Assembly: GCA_035711805.1 (NCBI GenBank)
Contig: DASTBV010000100.1
Location: 1,552-65,551 of the forward strand
Reading direction: 5' to 3'
DNA: 64,000 bases
Source of the DNA: Vicinamibacterales bacterium
GTDB taxonomy: Bacteria > Acidobacteriota > Vicinamibacteria > Vicinamibacterales > UBA2999
Below, in pieces: positions 7,341 through 15,774 of this stretch (position 1 is the first letter of the stretch; every line of letters begins with the position of its first letter). A program made the translations under genes and the position numbers. The notes below the pieces were generated by a model, which did not search any database, had not been told where the DNA came from, and saw nothing but the letters and a program-made list of their open reading frames with translations.

Positions 7341-9428
7341 ATGCGCGCCCGACGCCCAGCTATGCACGTGCCCCAATGGCTCCGCCCGCCTCGATTGCTG
7401 CTGCTGGTTTTTGTCGGGACGATGCTGTCGTTTCTCGCCGGGCTGGGCTATTTCGGCTGGCAGTCGATTGAACAGAATCGGGCCTTGCAGGACGACAACG
7501 TGCGCGGAGCGGTCGAGCGGGCGGCAGACCTGATCACATCCGAAATCCGCCAGAAGCTGACCGAATTCGATAACGAGCTGGAACGTCTGGCCGCGGCTCC
7601 CGCCGGCGAACTCGACGCCGCGGCGGCAGCGCTGGGAAAGAAGCTCGGCGACGACGCGCTGCTCGTCGTGTTCGAGGCGGACACCGTTCGCGCCTACCCC
7701 ACGCAGCGGTTGCTGTACCGCCCTGCGGTCGCAGCGCCCGACGAACCGGACCCGCAGGTGTTTGCTCCCGGCGAGGTCTACGAGGAGCAGGGCGAGGATT
7801 ACCCGCGAGCGATCCTGTACTTCCGTGATCTGGCTGACAGCGAAGACTCGCCTGACATTCGCGCCGGCGCCCTCTACCGGCTTGCTCGCAACCAGAAGAA
7901 GCTCGGTCGCCCCACGGATGCTCTGGCGACCTATGCCGAATTGGAGCGCATTCCGTCCGCGTGGGTCGCCGACCGCCCCGCAGATCTCCTTGCGCGATCG
8001 CTTCGAGCGGGCCTGCTCGCGGAACTCGGCCGCCGCGAGGAGCTGCTGGAGGAAGCCCGGCGGCTCGATGTGGACCTGCATAGCGGCCGATGGCCGCTGA
8101 CCCGCCCCCAGTTTCTCGGCTACGCGAACCAGATACAAGAATGGCTCGGCCGCCGCGACCCGGGCCTGCCACCACAGGATCAGCCGGCGATGGCTCTGGC
8201 CACGTCAGTCGAAGACCTGTGGCGCGACTGGCAGCGCGATGCCATCAACCCAACCGGACGCGCCATGTTCATCGCCGAGGGACGTCCGCTGCTTCGTATC
8301 TGGCGGGGAAGAAGCGACCGCTTTCTGGCGCTGGTGGGAGGGGCGACGTTCCTCAAGGATCAACTGATTGACCCGTTGAACGCGATGCTGGACGAGCGCG
8401 AGGTGGGCATCGTGCTCTCGGACCCCGCCACGAAGTTCACCTTGTCGCACGCGCTCCGGACGGCCGGTCCGGCTGGGAGGACCACGCGCGAGCCTTTTCG
8501 GTCCGATCAGTTGATGGATGACACACAGCTGCCGTGGAATCTTCGCGTCATCAGCGCGAGCCCGGGGCCCGATGCCGCGGAATTCGCCAGGAGCCGCCAG
8601 CTCCTGATCGTCGCCATCGCCATTCTCGCGCTCCTGGTGGTGGCCGGCGGCTACTTCAGCGGCCGCGCCATCACGCGCGAGATGGAGGCGGCGCGGCTGC
8701 AATCCGATTTCGTCGCCGCCGTGTCACACGAGTTCCGGACACCGCTCACGCTGCTTCGTCAGTTCTCCGATCTGCTCGCGGACGGGCGCGTTTCGAACGA
8801 CGAGGAACGACACCAGTACTACGCAGCGATCCAACGCGGCACGCGGCGGCTGACGCGGCTCGTCGAAGATCTGCTGGACTTCGGGCGCATGGAGGCGGGG
8901 TCGCATGGATTCCGTTTCGCGAAACTCGACACGCAGGAATGGATCGCCCGCCTTGTCGCCGACTTCAAAGATCAGTTCCGCGGACAGGGATACGAGGTGA
9001 TGCTCGACTGGGCGGTCCCCGAGGGTGCCGTCGTCCACGCCGACGAAGCGGCGATCAGCCGCGCGCTGTGGAACCTGCTGGACAACGCCGTCAAGTATTC
9101 GCCCTCGTCGAAGACGATCTGGATCGGCGGAACGATCGGTGACGGCAAGCTGACGGTCAGCGTGCGCGACCGCGGCATCGGTGTGCCGCATGCAGATCGC
9201 CGCGCCATTTTTCGCAAGTTCGTACGCGGCTCCATGCCGGACGGAAGTGTGGTGAGGGGTACGGGCCTCGGACTCGCCCTCGTCGAACAAATCATGCACG
9301 CCCACGGCGGCGAAGTGCGTCTCGACAGCACCTCGCCGGACGGCAGCACGTTTTCGCTCGTGCTGCCTATCACGGTGCCGGCCAACGCCGTCGCCACTCG
9401 CGCACAGGCGCCGGCCGTTCAGAGGTAA
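7341..9428 (+). CDS. sensor histidine kinase
   Basis: Two TM segments. H-box VSHEFRTPLT, N-box NLLDNAVKYSP, G-box GTGLGLALV. An alternative ATG at 7362 is possible. Confidence 0.9.
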   Translation: MRARRPAMHVPQWLRPPRLLLLVFVGTMLSFLAGLGYFGWQSIEQNRALQDDNVRGAVERAADLITSEIRQKLTEFDNELERLAAAPAGELDAAAAALGKKLGDDALLVVFEADTVRAYPTQRLLYRPAVAAPDEPDPQVFAPGEVYEEQGEDYPRAILYFRDLADSEDSPDIRAGALYRLARNQKKLGRPTDALATYAELERIPSAWVADRPADLLARSLRAGLLAELGRREELLEEARRLDVDLHSGRWPLTRPQFLGYANQIQEWLGRRDPGLPPQDQPAMALATSVEDLWRDWQRDAINPTGRAMFIAEGRPLLRIWRGRSDRFLALVGGATFLKDQLIDPLNAMLDEREVGIVLSDPATKFTLSHALRTAGPAGRTTREPFRSDQLMDDTQLPWNLRVISASPGPDAAEFARSRQLLIVAIAILALLVVAGGYFSGRAITREMEAARLQSDFVAAVSHEFRTPLTLLRQFSDLLADGRVSNDEERHQYYAAIQRGTRRLTRLVEDLLDFGRMEAGSHGFRFAKLDTQEWIARLVADFKDQFRGQGYEVMLDWAVPEGAVVHADEAAISRALWNLLDNAVKYSPSSKTIWIGGTIGDGKLTVSVRDRGIGVPHADRRAIFRKFVRGSMPDGSVVRGTGLGLALVEQIMHAHGGEVRLDSTSPDGSTFSLVLPITVPANAVATRAQAPAVQR

Positions 9429-9431
9429 CGC

Positions 9432-10541
9432 ATGCCTCGCATTCTGATTGTCGAAGACGAGCCTGATATCGCGCTCGGTCTGAAGATTGACCTGACGCAC
9501 GAGGGCTATGACGTCGAGGTGGTCCAGGACGGCGAAGCGGCGCTCGAGCGCGCCGCCCGCGGCTCGCTCGACCTGATCCTCCTCGACGTGATGCTGCCGA
9601 AAAAGGATGGCTTCGCGGTGTGCCGCGAGCTGCGGCGGTGGGACAACCAGACGCCAATCGTGGTGCTGACGGCCCGGGCTCACGAACTGGAAAAGGCCAA
9701 AGGGCTCGAGCTCGGTGCCGACGACTATGTCACCAAGCCGTACAGCCCGGTCGAGCTGCGGGCGCGGATCAAGTCGATCTTCAGGCACCGGAACGCATGG
9801 CTCGGTGACAGCGCCCGTCTCGATCGTGAGCTGCGCACCGCTGCCGACGTGCAGCAGCGGCTGCTTCCGCAAACGCGCCCGGCGATCAGCTCGCTCGATT
9901 ACGTCGGTTATTGTCAGCCGGCGCAGCTCGTCGGCGGCGATTACTACGACTTTCTCGATCTGTCCGACGATCGGCTCGGCCTCGTCGTCGCCGATGTATC
10001 GGGCAAGGGTGCATCCGCAGCCCTGGTCATGGCGTCGCTGCACGGCTGTCTGCGCGCCCACGCCACCGGCGACGGCCGCCAGCTCGATGACATCGTCAAC
10101 GCAGCGAACACACTGCTCCACGCTGCAACCGACGCCAGCCGCTACGCGACACTCTTCTACGGCATGTATTCGGGAGAGTCCCGCGAACTGCTGTACGTGA
10201 ACGCGGGCCATCCGGGAGCGCTCGTCGCGCGCGGCCGCGAGATCCAGCGGCTCGACTCCGATTGCCCGCCGCTCGGCATGTTCGAACACATCGCCGCGGT
10301 CGTCAGACGCGTCGAGCTGCGAGCCGGCGATCGCCTGCTGATCTTCAGCGATGGGTTGTCCGAGGCAGCGGACGCGCAGGGCACAGAGTTTGGCAGCTCG
10401 AACGCAGCGGCGGTGCTGTCGAACGACAGCCTCCAGTCTGCCGAGGCGATCCGCGACGGGCTGCTTCGCGCGCTGAGCGGCCACACGGCGGGATGCCGGC
10501 CGGCAGACGACGTGACGGTGATCAGTGGTGTGGTGCGATAG
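9432..10541 (+). CDS. response regulator with PP2C/SpoIIE-type phosphatase output (REC-PP2C)
   Basis: REC domain (LILLDVMLP, TAR...GADDYVTKP) followed by SpoIIE/RsbU-like blocks GGDYYDF and LVVADVSGKGASAAL. It starts 3 nt after the kinase stop. Confidence 0.9.
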   Translation: MPRILIVEDEPDIALGLKIDLTHEGYDVEVVQDGEAALERAARGSLDLILLDVMLPKKDGFAVCRELRRWDNQTPIVVLTARAHELEKAKGLELGADDYVTKPYSPVELRARIKSIFRHRNAWLGDSARLDRELRTAADVQQRLLPQTRPAISSLDYVGYCQPAQLVGGDYYDFLDLSDDRLGLVVADVSGKGASAALVMASLHGCLRAHATGDGRQLDDIVNAANTLLHAATDASRYATLFYGMYSGESRELLYVNAGHPGALVARGREIQRLDSDCPPLGMFEHIAAVVRRVELRAGDRLLIFSDGLSEAADAQGTEFGSSNAAAVLSNDSLQSAEAIRDGLLRALSGHTAGCRPADDVTVISGVVR

Positions 10542-10550
10542 CGGGGACCT

Positions 10551-11225
10551 ATGAGCCGGATTCTTATTGTCGAAGACGATCCTGACATCGCCCTCGGCCT
10601 GCAGCACGACCTGCGGCTCGAGGGCTATGACGTCGAAGTCGCCGGCGATGGCCAGAAGGCGATCGACCGCGGGGAGACGGGCATTTTCGACCTGATCCTC
10701 CTGGACGTGATGCTGCCGATGAAGGACGGCTTCGAGGTCTGCCGTGAGCTGCGGCGGGCGCGCGTGCGCACGCCGATCATCCTGCTGACGGCGAAGAGCC
10801 ACGAGGCGGAAAAGATACTGGGGCTGGAACTGGGCGCCGACGATTACGTGACCAAGCCGTTCAGCCCGATGGAGCTGCGCGCCCGCATCAAGGCGGCCCT
10901 TCGACGCGGCGCGGGCGAACCGCGGCAGGTCTATGCCTTCGGTGATTTCGAACTGGACTTCGGACGCTTCGAGGTCCGTCGCGGCGGCCGATCGGTCGAT
11001 CTCACGCCGATCGAGTTCAAGCTGCTGGCGACGCTGGTGCAGAACCGCCGGCGCGTCTTGACCCGGCAGCAGCTGCTCGACCAGGTATGGGGCCGGGACG
11101 TCTACGTGACAGATCGCGTCGTGGACACCCATATCGGCAACCTGCGGAAAAAGATCGAAACCGACGCCGAGCAACCCTCGTATCTGGTGAGCGTCCGCGG
11201 CGTGGGCTACCGGTTCGAGGGGTAG
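10551..11225 (+). CDS. OmpR-family DNA-binding response regulator
   Basis: REC domain plus a winged-helix output (LTPIEFKLLATLV, VDTHIGNLRKKIE, VRGVGYRF). Its REC domain is about 70% identical to that of the preceding gene. Confidence 0.9.
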   Translation: MSRILIVEDDPDIALGLQHDLRLEGYDVEVAGDGQKAIDRGETGIFDLILLDVMLPMKDGFEVCRELRRARVRTPIILLTAKSHEAEKILGLELGADDYVTKPFSPMELRARIKAALRRGAGEPRQVYAFGDFELDFGRFEVRRGGRSVDLTPIEFKLLATLVQNRRRVLTRQQLLDQVWGRDVYVTDRVVDTHIGNLRKKIETDAEQPSYLVSVRGVGYRFEG

Positions 11226-11232
11226 ATTTCAT

Positions 11233-11266
11233 CTGTCAAGGTTTCTTGACAAAACCACACGGAATC
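11233..11266 (+). promoter_or_regulatory. shared upstream motif, full copy
   Basis: CTGTCAAGGTTTCTTGACAAAACCACAcggAATC. It contains the palindrome GTCAAG-GTTT-CTTGAC and TTGACA. It lies 95 nt upstream of the DUF1800-fusion ATG. Confidence 0.55.
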
Positions 11267-11360
11267 AGGCCCAAACGCTCATTCGCAGCCCGGGCGACTC
11301 GTTTATGCTGCGCGACAGACTGTTGGGCACCCTCTTTCGGGGGACCAGGAACGCGCAGCC

Positions 11361-14051
11361 ATGACATCAACTCCAACCCGCGCTCTCTTCATCCTGGCGA
11401 TCGTTGCTACGGCGCCGCTCTTCGTCAGCGCACAAAACGCCGACATGCCGGGCCTCCTGCTCGAAGCGGCCATTCAGAAGGAAGTCGCCTCCGGCTGCGC
11501 CACGGCCATCCCGGAGTTCGAAAACCTCTTGACCCGCTTCCCGGATGAACGAGCCGTCGTGCCGCAGGCGCTCTGGCGTCTGGGACAGTGCTACGACCGA
11601 CGGGGTGATTTACGGGCGCGACAGACGTTCGAGCGTCTGGTGCGCGACTATCCCGATCACAAGCTCGCGCAGCGCGCGCGGACGAAGCTCGCGGCGTACT
11701 TCGACGAAGGCAGCGCCGGTCCGTTAGAAGTCGCCGTGCGCGAAGTGTGGACGCGCGCCGACACCACCACGCAGTTCCTGGGCAACAACGGCAACGTCAA
11801 CCCGCGCGTCGTCATCTTCAACGACCTCGCCGTCTACGATGCACAGGCCAACGAGGGAAAAGGCGAGGTCAGGCGTCTCTCGTCGGGCGTGCGCGCGGCC
11901 GCCTATCCGGTCGTGTCGCCAACGGGCCAGGTCGCCTATCTGAGCTGGAGCGGCGACATCAAACAGCGGATCGACAGCCAGCGTGACCGCGGCGCCGGCC
12001 CGCGGCCTGTTACCGAGCTGCGCGTCGTGCGTCAGAACGGCCAGGGCGACCGCGTGCTGATCGCCGACCCGAAACTGCCGTGGCTGCGACCGTACGCATG
12101 GTCACCCGACGGCAAGCACATCCTGTCGGTGTTCGAGCGGAGCGATGGCACGCGGCAGATTGGTCTCGTTGACGAGCGGGATGGCGCGACGCGAGTCCTC
12201 ACGTCGCTGCCCTGGCTCTCGCCGCAAGGCATGGCCTTCTCACCGGACGGCAGCTACATCGCCTACGAGGTAGCGACACCACGAAACTCGCGGCAGCAGG
12301 ACTTCTACATCATGTCCGTCGACGGTGGTTCGTCCACGGTCGAGCGGCGCTACTCACTGAATCTGGCGATGCAGCGCGGGCCGGTCCTCACCGACGACCA
12401 GCTTGCCGTGCATCTGCTGAACCGGATCGGATTCGGGCCGCGGCCAGGCGATATCGAGAGAGTCAAAGCGCTCGGGATTGAGGGCTACCTCGAGCAGCAG
12501 CTCTACCCGGAGCGCCTTCCCGACCCTGTTGTGGACGCGAAGCTCGCCGGGTATACCTCGCTGACGATGGACATCCCGACGCTCTTGACGACCACCGGGC
12601 CGCCCGTGGCCGTTGGCAACAGACGACGGGCCACGATCTTCGATCGGGCAGACATGGCCCGTCAGCTGCCGATGCCCGCGACGCAGATGCCGGGGGACGA
12701 AACACGGGTCTTCCTGCACCCCGATCGCCCACGCGATCTGGAAGCGCACACGGCGCGGCTGATTCGCGGCGTCTTCAGCGAGCGCCAGCTGTTCGAGGTG
12801 GTCGTCGACTTCTGGATGAACCACTTCAACGTCAATCACGGCGATCACCAGCTGACGCCGCATTTCGAGGAGCAGGCGATCCGCAAACACGCCTTCGGAA
12901 AGTTCGAGGATCTGCTCCGCGCGACGGCGATGCACCCGCGGATGCTCTACTACCTCGACAACTGGAAAAGCTCGGCACCGGCGGAGATCGTCCAGAAGCG
13001 GATCGCCGCGCTGAAGGCGTCGTCGCAGGGCGACGCGCTGATTGCGCTGATGGAGCGGTTGCCGTTCCTCGAGGCCAACAAGGGACTGAACGAGAATTTC
13101 GCCCGAGAGCTGCTCGAACTCCACACCGTGGGCGTAGACGGCGGCTACACACAGAACGACGTGATCGAGATCGCGAAGGTGCTCACCGGCTGGACGATCT
13201 CGGGGAAAGGCGTTCCCAACGGACGCGAAGACGACGGCGTGTTCTTCTTCGACCCGCTGATGCACGTCGACGGCAGCAAGACCGTGCTCGGGCAGACGAT
13301 TCCCGGCGGAGGCGTTGACGAAGGCGAGAAGCTGCTGAAGATGCTCGCGACGCACCGCTCGACCGCGCGTTTCCTGTCAACGAAGCTGGCGCGCAGGTTC
13401 ATTGCCGACGAACCGCCGCAGGCGGTCATCGATGCCGCGGCACGAACGTTCGAGAAGACCGGCGGGGACATCCGGGAGGTGCTGCGGACGATTCTGACGT
13501 CACCGCACTTTCGTTCGCCCGATGCCTATCAGGCGAAGATCAAGAAACCGATCGAGCTGGTGTTCAGTTCGCTCCGCGCCGTGGGGGCTGATTTCCGCGA
13601 CCCGCTCTTTGCCGGCGCCGGTGGCCCGGTGCGAATTTCGGGCAACCAGAGCATCCTCGGCCGAATGGGCGAGCGCGTGTATGACTACCAGGCGCCTGAC
13701 GGCAACCCGGATGTCGGGCCTGCCTGGATCAACTCGAATGCGCTCCTTGCACGGCTCGATTTCGCCAACCGCCTGGCCACCGGCAAGCTGCCGGAGGTGC
13801 AGATGAACCTGCAATCAGCGCAGCGGCTCCTCGAGCAGATGGGCGTCACGCGGCCGACGCCTGCGCAGATCGAACAGACGCGCGCGATGCTGCAGGCGGC
13901 GGCAGCGGCGGATGCCGCGCGCACGACGAGTACACAGACCTCGATGATGATGGCCGGCGGCAGCACCGCCGCGGCAAAGACGGCGCCGATCGATGCGACT
14001 GCCGTCGCAGTAGCGGCAATGCTGGGTTCGCCCCAGTTCCAGAAGCGATAA
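11361..14051 (+). CDS. TPR + TolB-like (PD40) beta-propeller fused to a DUF1800 domain
   Basis: Signal peptide. TPR-like ALWRLGQCYDRRGDLRARQTFERLVRDYP. PD40 repeats VVSPTGQVAYLS, YAWSPDGKHILSV and MAFSPDGSYIAYEV. From about residue 340 come DUF1800 hallmarks: LLNRIGFGPRPGD, DFWMNHFNV, LELHTVGVDGGYTQNDVIEIAKVLTGW. Confidence 0.85.
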   Translation: MTSTPTRALFILAIVATAPLFVSAQNADMPGLLLEAAIQKEVASGCATAIPEFENLLTRFPDERAVVPQALWRLGQCYDRRGDLRARQTFERLVRDYPDHKLAQRARTKLAAYFDEGSAGPLEVAVREVWTRADTTTQFLGNNGNVNPRVVIFNDLAVYDAQANEGKGEVRRLSSGVRAAAYPVVSPTGQVAYLSWSGDIKQRIDSQRDRGAGPRPVTELRVVRQNGQGDRVLIADPKLPWLRPYAWSPDGKHILSVFERSDGTRQIGLVDERDGATRVLTSLPWLSPQGMAFSPDGSYIAYEVATPRNSRQQDFYIMSVDGGSSTVERRYSLNLAMQRGPVLTDDQLAVHLLNRIGFGPRPGDIERVKALGIEGYLEQQLYPERLPDPVVDAKLAGYTSLTMDIPTLLTTTGPPVAVGNRRRATIFDRADMARQLPMPATQMPGDETRVFLHPDRPRDLEAHTARLIRGVFSERQLFEVVVDFWMNHFNVNHGDHQLTPHFEEQAIRKHAFGKFEDLLRATAMHPRMLYYLDNWKSSAPAEIVQKRIAALKASSQGDALIALMERLPFLEANKGLNENFARELLELHTVGVDGGYTQNDVIEIAKVLTGWTISGKGVPNGREDDGVFFFDPLMHVDGSKTVLGQTIPGGGVDEGEKLLKMLATHRSTARFLSTKLARRFIADEPPQAVIDAAARTFEKTGGDIREVLRTILTSPHFRSPDAYQAKIKKPIELVFSSLRAVGADFRDPLFAGAGGPVRISGNQSILGRMGERVYDYQAPDGNPDVGPAWINSNALLARLDFANRLATGKLPEVQMNLQSAQRLLEQMGVTRPTPAQIEQTRAMLQAAAAADAARTTSTQTSMMMAGGSTAAAKTAPIDATAVAVAAMLGSPQFQKR

Positions 14052-14061
14052 GAAGGAGCGC

Positions 14062-15282
14062 GTGATGATATCCCGACGTGTATTCCTGCGGGACGGCGCC
14101 GCAACGGTGGTCGGGCTCTCGACAGTGCCCGGCTTCCTGACCAGAACACTCGCCGCCCAGCCGGGGCAGCGACGAAAAGTCCTCGTCGTCATCTTCCTGC
14201 GCGGCGCCGCCGACGGCCTCAACATCGTCGTGCCGTTCAAGGAAACGGCGTACTACGATTACCGGCCGACGATCGCGATCCCGCCGCCGGACAAGCCGGA
14301 CGGCGCCCTCGACCTTGACGGCTCCTTCGGCCTCAACCCGGCGCTGCGACCGCTGCTGCCGATCTACAAGCAGGGGCAGCTGGCGATCCTCAATGCCGTC
14401 GGCACGCCCGACACTGGTGGCCGCTCGCATTTCCAGGCGCAGGACTTCATGGAGTCCGCCGCGCCTGGCAACAAAACCGTCAGCACCGGGTGGCTGAACC
14501 GGTATCTGCAGCTCACGCCGCAAACTCCGCACAATCCGCTGCGCGCGACGGCGATCGGTGAATCGCTGCCGAAGGCGCTGCGCGGGCCGGCGTCGGCCAT
14601 GACGATCGGGCGCACGTCGATCGGTCCGAGCGGAATGGATCTGTATCAGTCGATGTACAGCAAGGACTCGAATACGCTGCTGAGCGGCACGGCGCGTGAG
14701 CTGTTCGAAGTGTCGAAACAGCTCGAGGCGTTGAAACCCGAAGACTACAGGCCTGCAGCCGGCGCCAACTACGGCGCCGCCAACGACCCGGTTGCCGGCG
14801 GGCTCCGCCAGGTGGCGCAGATGATCAAGGCGGACGTCGGTATGCAGGTCGCGTTTATCGACACGAGCAATGGCTGGGATACCCATCAGGATGAGGCCGG
14901 CCGGCTCCCGGCGCTCGTGCGCGGCCTCGGGCAGGCGCTGGCGGGGTTTCATGCCGATATGGGCGACCGGATGCAGGATGTGGTTGTCCTCACCATGTCG
15001 GAGTTCGGCCGCACGGCGCGGGAAAACGGCAACCGCGGAACGGATCACGGTCACGCCAACTTCATGTTCGCCGTGGGCGGCGCGGTGAAAGGCGGGAAGA
15101 TCTACGGCACGTGGCCCGGGCTGGCGAAGGAGCAGTTGAACGAGGACCGCGATCTGGCGTTGACGACGGATTTCCGCGACGTGCTCGCAGAAATCGTTGT
15201 GACCCACCTCCAGTGCAAGGATCCAGCGGCCGTGTTCCCGGGCTTCGCTGTCGATGCGAAGCGCTTCACAGGCATTCTCTAA
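14062..15282 (+). CDS. DUF1501 domain protein (sulfatase-like fold) with Tat signal
   Basis: Twin-arginine N-terminus SRRVFLRDGAATVVGL. Motifs GAADGLNIVVP and SEFGRTARENGNRGTDHG. It starts 10 nt after the DUF1800 gene, which is the known DUF1800/DUF1501 pairing. Confidence 0.9.
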   Translation: MMISRRVFLRDGAATVVGLSTVPGFLTRTLAAQPGQRRKVLVVIFLRGAADGLNIVVPFKETAYYDYRPTIAIPPPDKPDGALDLDGSFGLNPALRPLLPIYKQGQLAILNAVGTPDTGGRSHFQAQDFMESAAPGNKTVSTGWLNRYLQLTPQTPHNPLRATAIGESLPKALRGPASAMTIGRTSIGPSGMDLYQSMYSKDSNTLLSGTARELFEVSKQLEALKPEDYRPAAGANYGAANDPVAGGLRQVAQMIKADVGMQVAFIDTSNGWDTHQDEAGRLPALVRGLGQALAGFHADMGDRMQDVVVLTMSEFGRTARENGNRGTDHGHANFMFAVGGAVKGGKIYGTWPGLAKEQLNEDRDLALTTDFRDVLAEIVVTHLQCKDPAAVFPGFAVDAKRFTGIL

Positions 15283-15294
15283 TCGGAGCGAATC

Positions 15295-15750
15295 ATGAGG
15301 ATCGTCAGCACCCTGATCGTTGCCGCCGCCCTTGCCGCCGCGTTTCCACACGAAGCCCGGGCAGACGAGTTACCGCTTGGCAACTGGAACGGCTTCGCCG
15401 TTCGGTTGAACACGGGTAATCAGAATCGTCAGCCTCGTGTTCTGGTCGTCAGGAAGGTCGCGGACCCGCATGTCGCCTGGCGCGGCGGCAGCGGTGAGCT
15501 GCTCAGCGTGAGCTTCGGACAAAATCAGAACAACATGAACGAGGTGAGTGCGATTGCCCTCGCCGACGGGCGTTTGACGTTCACAGTACCCGTGGGCGAC
15601 CAGGTCCTGACGTGCATGCTCGTGCATCAGCCAAAGGAAAACGCGTATGTGGGCGACTGTTCCGGCGCGAACGACTTTCGCGTGACGCTGAACCCCCCGC
15701 CGCCTCCGGCACCGACGCCCGCCGCGGCCACACCGGCAGAGGCAAAATAG
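15295..15750 (+). CDS. hypothetical secreted protein with Pro/Ala-rich C-terminus
   Basis: Signal peptide MRIVSTLIVAAALAAAFPHEARA. It starts 12 nt after the DUF1501 gene. No family recognised. Confidence 0.6.
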   Translation: MRIVSTLIVAAALAAAFPHEARADELPLGNWNGFAVRLNTGNQNRQPRVLVVRKVADPHVAWRGGSGELLSVSFGQNQNNMNEVSAIALADGRLTFTVPVGDQVLTCMLVHQPKENAYVGDCSGANDFRVTLNPPPPPAPTPAAATPAEAK

Positions 15751-15774
15751 CCGCATCGCGAAACGGGGCGCTGC

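Noticed and set aside
7337-7342. TATAAT hexamer overlapping the kinase ATG at 7341
   Set aside because: No acceptable -35 element lies at 16-19 nt. It would also force use of the downstream ATG at 7362 with a very short SD-less leader. This is not enough support to call a promoter.
8724-11174. 816-aa ORF on the minus strand across the kinase and response-regulator genes
   Set aside because: It is antisense to genes with unambiguous H-box, REC, PP2C and wHTH motifs. The translation is Arg/Ala/Asp-rich with no recognisable domain. Long open antisense frames are expected in GC-rich DNA.
12354-15351. Minus-strand ORFs 12354..13355 and 13846..15351
   Set aside because: They are antisense to the DUF1800 and DUF1501 genes, which carry family hallmarks. 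No motifs are present in the antisense translations.
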